The notes beneath the pieces were generated by a model. The model was not told the origin of the DNA. It ran no database searches and was given only the letters and a program-made list of their open reading frames with translations. The position numbers and the translations under genes were made by a program. From positions 62,001 through 126,000 of the forward strand of contig NIVC01000640.1 in assembly GCA_002269645.1 (NCBI GenBank): a stretch of DNA of 64,000 nucleotides, read 5' to 3'. The stretch is from Macrostomum lignano (taxonomy: Eukaryota). This document shows, piece by piece, positions 37,768 to 49,729 of this stretch (positions within the stretch are counted from its first letter, which is position 1; every line of letters begins with the position of its first letter).

Positions 37768-38115
37768 CAACTGAGGATCTGGGGGTGACGGCATAGCAAC
37801 TGAGGATCTGGGGGTGACGGCATAGCAACTGAGGATCTGGGGGTGACGGCATAGCAACTGAGGATCTGGGGGTGACGGCATAACAACTGAGGATCGGGGG
37901 TGACGCATAGCAACTGAGGATCTGGGGGTGACGGCATAGCCGCATAGCAAATGAGCATTTGGGGGTGACGGCATAGCAACTGAGGATCTGGGGGTGACGG
38001 CATAGCAACTGAGGATCTGGGGGTGACGGCACAGCAACTGAGGATCTGGGGGGGGGACGGCACAGTAACTGAGGATCTGGGAGGGGCCTGACGGCACAGC
38101 AACTGAGGATCTGAG
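37768..38115. repeat. 29-bp minisatellite (GCATAGCAACTGAGGATCTGGGGGTGACG)n
   Basis: Direct reading. Confidence 0.92.
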
Positions 38116-38812
38116 ATCGCCGGCAAGGTTTGGTTTATTACACACGAGTTATTTCGAATAAAAAATGCCAGCCTTACTACTCCTAAAAGTAGCAAGATGC
38201 GAAAAATCCAACAGTTTAAGCGTAAAGTTTACTATTCGAAAGTGATGCAAGAAAAAAGCAACATAAAAGACTATCAAAAATGTTTTGTAATAAGAAAGTC
38301 GTTTTAAATGTTCTTTTATACGATTCTGTACGTTTTTTATTTACTGAAATATTTTGCAATGGCGAATCTTAGTTAACTGCTAGATCGATATTGAAAAAAA
38401 ACGAATTCATGGCCCTAATATGCTACTCTTCGAGTACTTAACAAGTAATATAAGAAATTCCAAAGCTTTGAATATAAATATTTTGTAATTTTTAGACGGC
38501 GCCTTAATCCTCTGAACTGGTAAAGCTATTTTTTAAAAACTATAAATCTTTGCATAATATAATAGTGCCATATTTCAAGGCTTATTCACTACCTGTCTGC
38601 GTACCAGATCGAATTCATTATTGCTATTTTAACTAGAACACGGAAGGCAAAGCGTGGATGGAGCGAATTCGCAGACGAACAACTGATGGCAGAGAAACAG
38701 AACAATATTATCTACTCAATATGGACCAGCTTTTAAATTCAGAGCATCAACCATATATCATTAGGTCCAATAGGTGACACCAGCCAGACAGACTGTGGCT
38801 TAGCCTAATTCC

Positions 38813-41800
38813 CTAGCTGAGAGCCGACACGGCCTTCTTAGCCGCGTCCTCAAGGTTATCGGCGCTTAATATTGGCAGTCCGGAGTCCGCCAGCAGCCGC
38901 TTGGCCTCTTCAACGTTGGTGCCTTCAAGGCGGACAACCAGCGGCACGCGAAGGCTGATCTTCTTGGCCGCCTCGGTGATGCCCTTGGCGATGGTGGCGC
39001 AGTTCACGATGCCGCCGAATATGTTCACCAGGATGCAGCGCACCTGCGGGACGGTGGGTTGCTTAGACTTATGAAGACTAACCGTCAGGGTATAGGGAGA
39101 CAGACACCTGTGCACAGCTACAGCCTACAGGACCACAGGTACACAGCAGCCTACACTGAGAGACCTGTGCACAGGTACAGGTACACAGCAGCCTACACTG
39201 AGACACCTGTGCACAGCTACAGGTACACAGCAGCCTACACTGAGACACCTGTGCACAGCTACAGGTACACAGCAGCCTACATTGAGACACCTGTGCACAG
39301 CTACAGGTACACAGCAGCCTGAGACACCTGTGCACAGCTACAGGTACACAGCAGCCTGAGAAACCTGTGCACAGCTACAGGTACACAGCAGCCTGAGACA
39401 CCTGTGCACAGCTACAGGTACACAGCAGCCTGAGAAACCTGTGCACAGCTACAGGTACACAGCAGCCTGAGACACCTGTGCACAGCTACAGGTACACAGC
39501 AGCCTGAGATGCACCTGTGCACAGCTACAGGTACACAGCAGCCTACACTGAGACACCTGTGCACAGCTACAGGTACACAGCAGCCTGAGACACCTGTGCA
39601 CAGCTACAGGTACACAGCAGCCTACACTGAGACACCTGTGTACAGCTACAGGTACACAGCAGCCTACACTGAGACACCTGTGTACTTAACTACAGGTACC
39701 CTGACACAACGGTAGAGATAAACCCAAAACAAGAATGTCTCAATGGTTCACCTGCTGGTCAGACGTGAGGATGCGGAACGCGTGGTAAACCTGCTTCTCA
39801 GTGACTCCGCCGCCAACGTCAAGAAAGTTGGCTGGTCGGCCGCCGCACAGCTGCACAATGTCCATAGTGGCCATGGCCAGGCCAGCGCCGTTCACGAGGC
39901 AGCCAATGTTGCCGTCCATGCCGATGTAGTTCAAATTGTGCTGGCTGGCGTCCACCTCGCGCGGGTCGGACTCGGCGTGATCGTCCAGCTCGAAGATCGA
40001 CTTCTGACGGAAGCTGGCGTTGTCGTCGAAGTTCAGCTTGGCGTCGAAGCAGACAACGCGACCGTCTGGCGTCTCGCCGAACGGGTTAATCTCCACCTGG
40101 CGGCGGGAGTGTCGGAGTGGAAGGGTCAGAAAATGTCAGAATAGAGGAACAAGTATCAGGGAAATCGCTGTGTCAGCACCATAGGGACCCCAAGTCAGCA
40201 CCAGGGGGAGTCTCAGTGTCAGCACCAGGGAATTCCTAGCGTCAGAACCAGGGGAATCCGTGTGTCAGCACCAGGAGAAATCTCAGTGTCAGCTCCTGGG
40301 GAAATCCCAGTGCAAGCACCAAGGAAAATCCATGTCAGCAACGGAAATTTCCGGTGGCAGCACCTAGGGAAATCCCAGTGTCAGCAACAGGGGAATCCCA
40401 GTATCAGCACCAGGAGAATCCCAGTTTTGGCGTAAGGGAAATCCCAGTGTCAGCACCAGGAAAATTTCAGTGTCGGTGTAAGGAAATCCCAGTGTCAGCA
40501 CCAGGGGAATCCGTGTGTCAGCACCAGGGGAATCCGTGTGTCAGCACCAGGGGAATCCGTGTGTCAGCACCAGGAGAAATCTGTGTCAGCTCCTGGGGAA
40601 ATCCCAGTGCAAGCACCCACCAAGGAAAATCCATGTCAGCAACGGAAATTTCCGGTGTCAGCACCTAGGGAAATCCCAGTGTCAGCAACAGGGGAATCCC
40701 AGTGTCAGCACCAGGGGAATCCCAGTGTCGTCGTAAGGAAAATCCCAGTGTCAGCACCAGGAGGAGAACTCAAAATCATGTCCTGGACTATGCATGGCCA
40801 GTTCGAATCTTATTTTTAAGACACATTTTGTATTTTAAAAGCTCGAACTAGAGGTCTTGTTAACTCAAGAAAATAGTTGGTTGTGTACATAGTGCCCAAA
40901 AATGATTAGTTAAGTAAGCACAGTACCTGTATTGAACACATTTTCATTGATCTTTTTATTAGGGCATTTTCCTAATATTTAAACTATTAGTAGAGCATCA
41001 AATAACAGCTTAGCATAACTATGGCAAGTATTTTAATTGTATTCGTATAATTTATCGATTTGTCAGGTTTTGCCCTGGATATTACGCTATTGAATTTGAT
41101 CGAGTCACCCTTCAAGGCAACCGCCGTGAGCGACACACATTGAGAGGCTTAAAAGTGCAAAACAAACGCATTTAAACGCACCTGCGTACAGTCGACGGCC
41201 TGAAACAGGCTGTAGAGTTTCAGAATCTGTTCGGCGGCTTCCGCGCGACGCGGCCCAGAGAATCCCAGACAGTCGGCCATGCGATCAGCCTGCTCCCTAG
41301 TCAGGCCCTTGTTGATGTCCACAACCTCTTTGAAAATGGCGTCCGGACTTTTCGCGGCCACCTCTTCGATGTCCATGCCGCCCTGGGGACTGCCGACAAC
41401 TACTGGGCCGCCGGACTCGCGGTCCATGAGGATGGCCAGGTAGGTCTCCCGGCTGATGTCCAGCGCTTCGGCTACCATCACCTGGTGATTGCGGTGGCAA
41501 TCATTAGCTCTGACCAAAATTAACCGTTAGGTAAGCAGTCAATAATCTCAGTTTTATCTTAAAGTGTCAGGAGACTAATTTCCGTCCATCGACTAAGTGA
41601 AACATAGTAAAAACTCTCGCATCAGAGGAGGAAAGGGCGGATTGACATCAGGCATCAAAGGAGGGAAAGGGCGGATTGACATCAGGCATCAAAGGAGGGA
41701 AAGGGCGGATTGACATCAGGCATCAAAGGAGGGAAAGGGCAGATTGACATCAGGCATCAAAGGAGGGAAAGGGCGGATTGACATCAGGCATCAAAGGAGG

Positions 41801-42812
41801 GAAAGGGCGGATTGACATCAGGCATCAAAGGAGGGAAAGGGCGGATTGACATCAGGCATCAAAGGAGGGAAAGGGCAGATTGACATCAGGCATCAAAGGA
41901 GGAAAAGGGCGGATTGACATCAGGCATCAAAGGAGGGAAAGGGCGGATTGACATCAGGCATCAAAGGAGGGAAAGGGCAGATTGACATCAGGCATCAAAG
42001 GAGGGAAAGGGCAGATTGACATCAGGCATCAAAGGAGGAAAAGGGCGGATTGACATCAGGCATCAAAGGAGGGAAAGGGCGGATTGACATCAGGCATCAA
42101 AGGAGGGAAAGGGCAGATTGACATCAGGCATCAAAGGAGGGAAAGGGCGGATTGACATCAGGCATCAAAGGAGGGAAAGGGCGGATTGACATCAGGCATC
42201 AAAGGAGGAAAAGGGCGGATTGACATCAGGCATCAAAGGAGAAAAAGGGCGGATTGACATCAGGCATCAAAGGAGGAAAGGGCGGATTGACATCAGGCAT
42301 CAAAGGAGGAAAGGGCGGATTGACATCGGACATTAAAGAAGGGAAAGTGCTTTCAAGCCTTAAAACCGAAGGGTCGAGGAATAAGAGTTAGACGTAAACC
42401 ATAGTACGACAAATAACTGAGCGGTTACCTTGGACACCATGACGCCTTCCTTTCCAGTCTGCTTAGTAACCAGCTTGTGCCCAAGCATGCTCTGAACCAG
42501 GCCAGCCACCTTAGCTGGCTCCTTAGTGAGATGGACACCGCCTTTGAATCCGGTGTCAAAGACGCCTTTGCCCCGGCCGCCGGCCAATATCTGAGCTTTA
42601 ATAACGTACTCGGCCGGTTTGAACGAGTCGGCCAATTTACTAGCTGACTGTGCATTGTCGGCAACTACAAAGCTTTGCACATTCACTCCGTAATCTTGCA
42701 TCAGCTTCTTGCTCTGATATTCTTGCAGGTTCAACCAGCGCCGGCAGCAGCGGAACAGACCGCTGGCAGAGGCCGCCGATTGTCGGCGAGATGAAAGGCT
42801 TCGAGTAAGCAT
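38813..42812 (-). CDS. SUCLG2: Succinate--CoA ligase [GDP-forming] beta subunit, mitochondrial; exons 42812-42429, 41481-41182, 40096-39752, 39043-38813 (419 aa)
   Basis: Mitochondrial-type leader then [67 protein letters not shown] and [14 protein letters not shown]. These match the GDP-specific paralogue. All introns are GT-AG, phase 0. Confidence 0.96.
39100..39690. repeat. 37/42-bp minisatellite in SUCLG2 intron 3 (GAGACACCTGTGCACAGCTACAGGTACACAGCAGCCT[ACACT])
   Basis: Direct reading. Confidence 0.93.
40160..40765. repeat. Degenerate about 23-bp minisatellite in SUCLG2 intron 2 (CAGTGTCAGCACCAGGGGAATCC)
   Basis: Direct reading. Confidence 0.85.
41625..42345. repeat. 34-bp minisatellite in SUCLG2 intron 1 (GGAGGGAAAGGGCGGATTGACATCAGGCATCAAA)n
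   Basis: About 21 near-identical units. Confidence 0.96.
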
Positions 42813-43227
42813 GGCGGTGCCTTGGTTTTGTTTATTTGTTAGTTAAACTGCAAATTATCAGCCGGGCGGCGCGCTTTGATGTTTACTTGTTTACTTTGAC
42901 AATAAAACACAAATAGATATCTATATAACCAGCTGATCAAATTTCTATGCATTAATAACATTCTACAGTCACATGTATCATATCAAATCAGGAATTAGAC
43001 ACGTACGACTGTGTATTAAATGGAAGCCTTAAAAATATTAAGGAAACTATGTGTGCTTTATTGTTTGACTGTGGCAGTAGCGGATATAAGATCGGCGAAA
43101 TATTTCAATGATTGTAATCCAATTTACTCACTTATAAAATGCATCGCATTTAAACGCGTAACAAATCCTATTGTAGAAAACTCGCATTTACTAATCCGTA
43201 GAATGAGACTTAACATTATAAGGGACT

Positions 43228-43545
43228 CTGATTCTGAATGATGGGATTCTGATTCTGAATGATGGGATTCTGATTCTGAATGATGGGATTCTGATTCTGA
43301 ATGATGGGATTCTGATTCTGATCTGAATGATGGGATTCTGATTCTGATCTGAATGATGGGATTCTGATTCTGATCTGAATGATGGGATTCTGATTCTGAT
43401 CTGAATGATGGGATTCTGATTCTGATCTGAATGATGGGATTCTGATTCTGATCTGAATGATGGGATTCTGATTCTGATCTGAATGATGGGATTCTGATTC
43501 TGATCTGAATGATGGGATTCTGATTCTGATCTGAATGATGGGATT
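43228..43545. repeat. 20/26-bp minisatellite (GAATGATGGGATTCTGATTCT[GATCT])n
   Basis: Direct reading. Confidence 0.93.
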
Positions 43546-43614
43546 CCCGTAATTGGCTATGAAAATGTAAGGTGTCTCGATTCTAAAGTTATACATGGGC
43601 GCTCGATACAGAAT

Positions 43615-44613
43615 TCAGCCAATAGTCACGGAACCACTAAGCAAGTCTTTCACAAGCACCAAATTCAGGCCGGACAGAACGTGAACGCCAACCGGAAAAG
43701 TTACGCCGCTAGGAATCAGCCGGAGCTCCTGGCCAGCTGGCAGAGGCCTGGTTGGCGGCCAGACCGGCACCACATAAGTCCAATTAAGCAGCCAAACGAA
43801 GGCATTTTTAATAAAGTCGTCCAGAATCTGCTGGCCGGCGCCGCCGCGCAATGCCGGATATTTTGATGCCGGCGGCGGCTGAAGCACGTTCCGCAGACTG
43901 GACTGCGTCAGCTCGTTGCAATGTACAAGTTTCTGGCCGAGATGGCACACCGGCCGCAGATGGCAGCTCCGGATGTTCTCGAAGCTGCACTGGCACTGCC
44001 GTTTGCGGAATACTTTAGGGGCGCGAGGATTCAATCGGAAGCCGACAATTTTGTCGCTATAGTCGAATCGGACGCATTTGCCGCCCCAGCCAGACTGGGC
44101 AGTGACAGTGTCAAAGTTCACCAGGGAAGGGTTCTCCGAGGACCGGCTGGTGTCAATAAGCATGCCGCGACAGGCGGCCACCTCGGTCAGCTGGCTAGAT
44201 GAAAGGCGGGCGACGCCGCGGGCTATCTGATCAACGCATTCGGCCGACACTGGGAACGGCAAGCCGGGATCGGCGAGGCTCCGGCCAGCGGCGATTCGGT
44301 TGCTAAGCGCCGCAATGTACTCGATTTCGAATTTGTTACGCCAATGTACGCCTAGCAGGCCGAAATCTGAGACTAGAAATTTTAGCAGAGCTTTGAGCAC
44401 GTTGTGCCGGCCGCGGTGACGAGTGGCTCGAGCGTCCGACAGCTGCAACGGACGCTGCTGACGAGCTGGATGAGCCGAGGATGATGACAGGGGGGTAGGC
44501 CATTGTGACAGGCTGCGGCGGCAGCAGCAGGCGGTGACAGACCGCAGCGAGTTGAAGCTGATGCAACTGGGATACTGCTGAGGGATGGCAGACATTGTTC
44601 GATTATAATTCAA
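43615..44613 (-). CDS. Intronless hypothetical protein, 332 aa (or 326 aa from the second Met)
   Basis: 999-nt open frame in non-repetitive GC-rich DNA bounded by AT-rich flanks, with a minus-strand AATAAA at 43057-43062. No family recognised. Confidence 0.6.
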   Translation of the reverse strand: MNYNRTMSAIPQQYPSCISFNSLRSVTACCCRRSLSQWPTPLSSSSAHPARQQRPLQLSDARATRHRGRHNVLKALLKFLVSDFGLLGVHWRNKFEIEYIAALSNRIAAGRSLADPGLPFPVSAECVDQIARGVARLSSSQLTEVAACRGMLIDTSRSSENPSLVNFDTVTAQSGWGGKCVRFDYSDKIVGFRLNPRAPKVFRKRQCQCSFENIRSCHLRPVCHLGQKLVHCNELTQSSLRNVLQPPPASKYPALRGGAGQQILDDFIKNAFVWLLNWTYVVPVWPPTRPLPAGQELRLIPSGVTFPVGVHVLSGLNLVLVKDLLSGSVTIG

Positions 44614-46109
44614 ATTACTCGTAAATGCATATCTGAGGATGGGGTTTGATATCTTCGAAATTTAAACTCCCAAAAAGCAGCTTTTTTCATAGCTACAAAA
44701 CTTAATATCTCTGAAACTTTATATTTCCACTAGGGTTAGGGGGTTGCGAGGGCGGGGGCGTGCATGGCCCAGTGGTCTAGCGCGGCGCTCTGAATACTGC
44801 ACAAAAATTTTTTTTCCAGGCACCTCAGGGCTATCAAAAGGCACATTACATGATTGGACCCACAAAACCTATACCACACCACCAGGTCATTTGCCCTAGA
44901 GAGGGCCGGGAGGGCTGGCTATAGCCCAATGTCGAGGGTTCTATTTTGCAGCTGCACCTGGCCCCGGCATGCAGCCTAGCAGACATAAGCTGTGGCTGGC
45001 AGGCAAGACAGACGCCAGGGTAGACTTCACCACTGCCCTCAATGAGGAGAAAGTTTTGCGCTCATTTTATGTCAATCCCTGTGTGTTCTGCCACACTGGC
45101 CAGCAGTTGTGTACGCTGCTAGACTTTGCGCTCAATTGGGGCAGCACTTGGCATTTTGAAAAAAAACTTTGGAGTTAATAATAAGTTGCCTTCAATTAAT
45201 TGGCTTTATAAAATTAATAAAACCCCTACTACAACTTGAAATTTGGTAATAGTAATTAAGATTTAAAGAGAAAGTTTAACCTAGTTTACAATTTATTTTG
45301 AATAGAATTTATATTGTAAATTGAATAGAGAAAAAATTAATATGCAACTTAGAGCCATTTTCTTTTTTGTCTGGTTAAAGTGTTAACACAAGTGTTTATT
45401 TGTTTAGTGATGAATATTTTGAATTTTTAAGACCTTTTCTTGGATCCAGATTAATTTTTTATTATAGCCATCTCATTAATGTAAGCAAAGCTCATAGAAT
45501 CATGAGTATAAGATTAGACCTATACTTGCTTTAAAATATTTTTCTCATTAGTCATGTTATTGTTAGCAAAAAAATTAAGTTAAAAACTGATCAGTTATAA
45601 AACATAGGCCCTACTCTGGTATAATAACATAATCAAAATTTGAGTAAGAATCTTTAAAGTCCTAAATATTCACTATAAAATTGATATAATTAGTATTACC
45701 AATTAATAATGTTGGCTATTATTATTGTTACAGTGATTATATAAATAGCAGGATGGTTATTTTTATGGTTACACCTAATACTTAAAAAAATACTATCTAA
45801 ATAAAGTGACAAACTTGCTATGCAAATACTAGGCCTATGATGGTTAAATTTACATTGTAATTTAATTGAAATTTCTTCCACATGACCATAAAAATAGCCA
45901 TTTTGCTTCCTAGGATTTTTATAGTAACCATAAAAATAACAATTTTGTTATTTATACGATTACATTAAGTAAAGACCATAGGCCTAGATAGTATCTTATG
46001 GAATAACCGTAAAAATAACAATTTTGTACTAAGGCCAAGGTCTTAATTGCCTAATAGTTTAGAATAGGCCTATTTAACTTACATACTCTTGTTAGGCCTA
46101 TATTATGAT

Positions 46110-46528
46110 GGCAGTTATTATTTGTCCAGTGACCAGACAAATAGCTTTTTTGCTATTTGTCCAGTTAAACTGCTAACACAAGTATCTGTTTGTTTTGTGT
46201 TTGTTATGTGATTCTAGATTTTTAAGACCTTTTCTTGTATACTGATTAATATTTTCTTGTATACTAGTGTAAGCAAAGCAGTGTATTCAATTTGGCATAA
46301 TTTGGTGTATAAGACACACACTACCACTAGTATAATAACATAATAATCAAGATACAAGTAAGAAGTCTTTGAAGTCTAGGAATATTTACCCTTGTAGTTT
46401 CTATGAAATAGATTTTTTAGCATTATTAATTTAACCAGACAAATAACAAAATGTCTATTTGTCCAGTTTTAACCGGATGAATAGGAAAGCATGGTCATTA
46501 TCCAGTAACCGGACAAATAACAACTGCC
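46110..46528. mobile_element. 419-bp Mutator-type MITE
   Basis: Left TIR GGCAGTTATTATTTGTCCAGT versus right TIR (reverse complement) GGCAGTTGTTATTTGTCCGGT; perfect 9-bp TSD TATTATGAT at 46101-46109 and 46529-46537. Confidence 0.9.
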
Positions 46529-46601
46529 TATTATGATTGCTATACATGATTAATATATTAATAATATCATGTCATGAACTCTACTAGGCCTAGTTATTAG
46601 G

Positions 46602-49271
46602 GGTGCTGGTCATTTCGTCAACTGCTAGTTCGTCAACTGGGTTGACGAATTGACTAACATTTTAAGGTGGTCTCACTTGCAGTTGACGAAATGACCAAGG
46701 TTTTAGATTGGTTCATTAGTCAGTTGACGAAATGACCTGAGAATGTTAGTTACTTCGTCTACAGTTTGCAAATGTCATAACATGTACATCAACTAACGCA
46801 TGTCATATCCCCTTATTACCTTTGTTATTATCGGGTATTATTCCAGAAACTCCCAGATTTTCCGGAACGTTCTTTATTAATTTGTATACATATACAGCAA
46901 GCATGCCGCTACAAAGGCAAGATCGATCTTTCACGCTTTCCACCTTCTTCTTCGACTACTTCTGAATTCACCACAAAAAGAACCACCGATGAACCAACTG
47001 ACTTCTCTCAATCCATCTTCGCACCCACCCCCAAACTGACAACGTGCCCTGTCTAGCTGTAACTTGAACCAGGGCCCCTTGCGCTGACACCTGTTCTCTC
47101 AATCCATCTTCGCACCCACCCCCCAAACTGACAACGTGCCCTGTCTAGCTGTAACTTGAACCAGCGCCCCTTGCGTTGACACCTGTTCTCTCAATCTATC
47201 CTCGCACCCCCCCAAGCTGTCAATGTGCACCCTGTCTCTTTTACTTGAACCAGCGCCCCTCGCGTTGACACCTGTTCTCTCTCAATCCATCTTCGCACCC
47301 ACTCCCCCCCCCAAGCTGTCAATGTGCGCCCTAGCTCGTGCGCCCTATCTTGGTCTTGGTTTCAATCAAAACGTGGGTGTGGTGTCGGAGGGGAGGGGTA
47401 GGCAGGTAGGCAGTTCTTGTGAGGTGCGAATTGGCACCAGGTCTTATCCCCAACTATCATGTCTCAACAACCCCACCAGCCAAACCAATCCAAAATACTT
47501 TAAACCTGACACTGCAACCTCCTCAAACACTATATAATGGAGTAGGGTTTCAGGAGGGCCACTCAATTTTTACATCTTTGGATGGAGACTGATAAGTGTA
47601 TTCAGTGCTCAGAGACTGTGCGGCCACGTCAACAGGCCATACAGTGCGATTCATGCCAAAAGTGGCAACATCGAACTTGTGGGACTAGAATCTCACAAGC
47701 AGAGTACAGGCAGCTTATGCGGCAGGACGTGTTTGCATGGTCGTGTGCCACTTGTCAGGCAAGACCAGCGGTGGAGCCTGCGGCGGAGGCAGAAGACGCA
47801 GCAGGTCGATCTACTGGCCGAAATGTATGCTGCCGAAGCAGGTGAGAAATTCTATATTTAATAACATATGCTATAACATATCTTTTCTAATAAGACAGGC
47901 TAATTACAATAAAATAATTGACAACAATTTTAAATAAATATTATAGACATTATGGTTAGTACCCTGGGAACTGCTCTTAAAAAAATTAAAAAAGCACGTT
48001 TCTTCCTCACAGGGCCCTTCCAAGAGCCGGTCCGTCTCACTGAAGTCTCGATGGAAGGTCTGGAGCCTCAGGTGCTCCCAGAAATCGATGAGGCCAACGA
48101 TCTAGAGGAATTCGTCATTGTTCGCAATGGCACCAAGAAGCAAAAGCCGTCACTTATTCACCGCATTGGAGCTCGAGAATATGTATTGGGGCTGAACGTC
48201 GAAAAGAAAAACAGTCGCTATTGGCGCTGCACCCAACGCAATTCCAGGTTGAAGTGCCCGGCTTCTGCCATTGAAGACAGTCAGGGCAACGTTCGAAGCG
48301 GCCAAGCGGCTCACATCTGCGAACCACGAGTGCGTGAGGGAATGAAGCGCCGATTGGTCGCCGAGATCAAGGAGGACGCGAAGCGGCACTGCTTCAGATC
48401 GGCTGCAGCAATTGTGGAGGCGAAGTTGCTGGAGACCGGGCACATTGGCCCAATCAATCAGCTGGTGCGCATCGCCAATCGGTCTCGTGAGGTTGGGCGC
48501 CCGCAGCCTCCAGTCGACCTCCAGTTTGCACTGGCCTTGGATCATCTGCCTCCGAATTTTCTCCGCAGCGATGTCCGAGTCAAAGGCTCAGGTAAGCGTC
48601 ATCTGCTTCTTTACACATCCAACCAGATCGAGTTGCTTGTCTCCCGCAGATTGTGGTTTCTGGACGGCACCTTCGATGTCGTTCATGCCCCCTTCAAACA
48701 GCTGTACTCGGTGCACTGCTACATCCGACAGGGAACGACAATCAAGCAGGTTTCTCTGGCTTTCGCACTAATGTCAGGTAAGTCGGTAAATGACTACACT
48801 GCTGTCTTCTCTGCACTGAAACAGGGACTGGGCAACTCGACGCCGGAGGTCTGTGTCATGGACTTCGAAGCTGCGGCATGGCAGGCTTTACGGTCTGTGT
48901 TTCCGGCTGCAAGGTTCCAGGGCTCTCTACGGAGTCCACGAAGTCAGTGTGTACTGCCAGTCAATACGTACCAACAACGAGGTCGAGGGCTGGCACCGGA
49001 GACTCAAGCAGCGGGCCGAGAGAGTGCAGTTGACACTCTACCCACTCCTGCACCTGCTGCACATGGAGGCCAAGCTTGTGCCAGTGCATGCCGCGCTGGT
49101 GAACCAGGGTGCTCAGGAGCGCCAGCACAGAGCACGGTACGAGCGTCTGCAGACGAGTGTGGAGCGGTACTGGGCGCAGTACCGCACTGGTGAGTTGTCA
49201 ATCCGTGCATTCCTGCTCCGGTGCTCGCGCCTCGGCCACGTTCCCCAGTTTGCGTACAGACAGCGGCAACA

Positions 49272-49304
<33 letters not shown>

Positions 49305-49729
49305 CTAGTACCTAAAGTGTATATAGGTATTAGTGTATACAGTGTAGAAGTGGATAAGTGTACTGTACACTCTGCGCATATCTTCAGCTTTATATTTGAT
49401 TGTGACCTTTGTGGTGGCCTTTGTGATCTTTGTGATTTTGTGCAATGCATTTTCCTTTTTTTACCATACAAACTGCATCTTTGTGGCAGTAACTCCGCCA
49501 TTGTCTGGTCCCAAGCCCAGAATGAGAAAGGAGGAGGGCTGCATGCGGGGCGTGTATTATTGGCAGTTGACGAAGTGACCAAAAGTTGACATCGTCCCAT
49601 TGAACAGTTGACGAAATAACCAAGCTTTGAAAGTATCCTATTGGTTGGTTGACGAAACGACCAATATGGGGAACGGGTTGACGATGTGTCCAGTTGACGA
49701 AATGGCAGTTGACGAAATGACTCGGATCC
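46602..49729 (+). mobile_element. Mutator-like (MULE) DNA transposon, 3128 bp
   Basis: Both ends start GG and share GTCATTTCGTCAACTG; many subterminal GTTGACGAA motifs; 9-bp TSD GTTATTAGG at 46593-46601 and 49730-49738; internal transposase and four 91-bp repeats at 47005-47340. Confidence 0.95.
47582..49308 (+). pseudogene. PHD finger + FLYWCH + MULE (DDE) transposase, internally deleted and frameshifted
   Basis: Exon at 47582 is a C4HC3 PHD (CIQC...CDSCQKWQHRTC...WSCATC). The exon from 48013 has FLYWCH-like YWRCTQRNSRLKCPA...HIC, then LDGTF and MDFEAAAWQAL...FPAARFQG. The expected CxFH segment is absent and RTNNEVEGWH resumes in another frame, ending in poly-Q and TAG at 49308. Confidence 0.88.

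Noticed and set aside
41625-42345. 34-bp repeats as a CRISPR array
   Set aside because: No spacers; the array lies inside a spliceosomal intron of SUCLG2.
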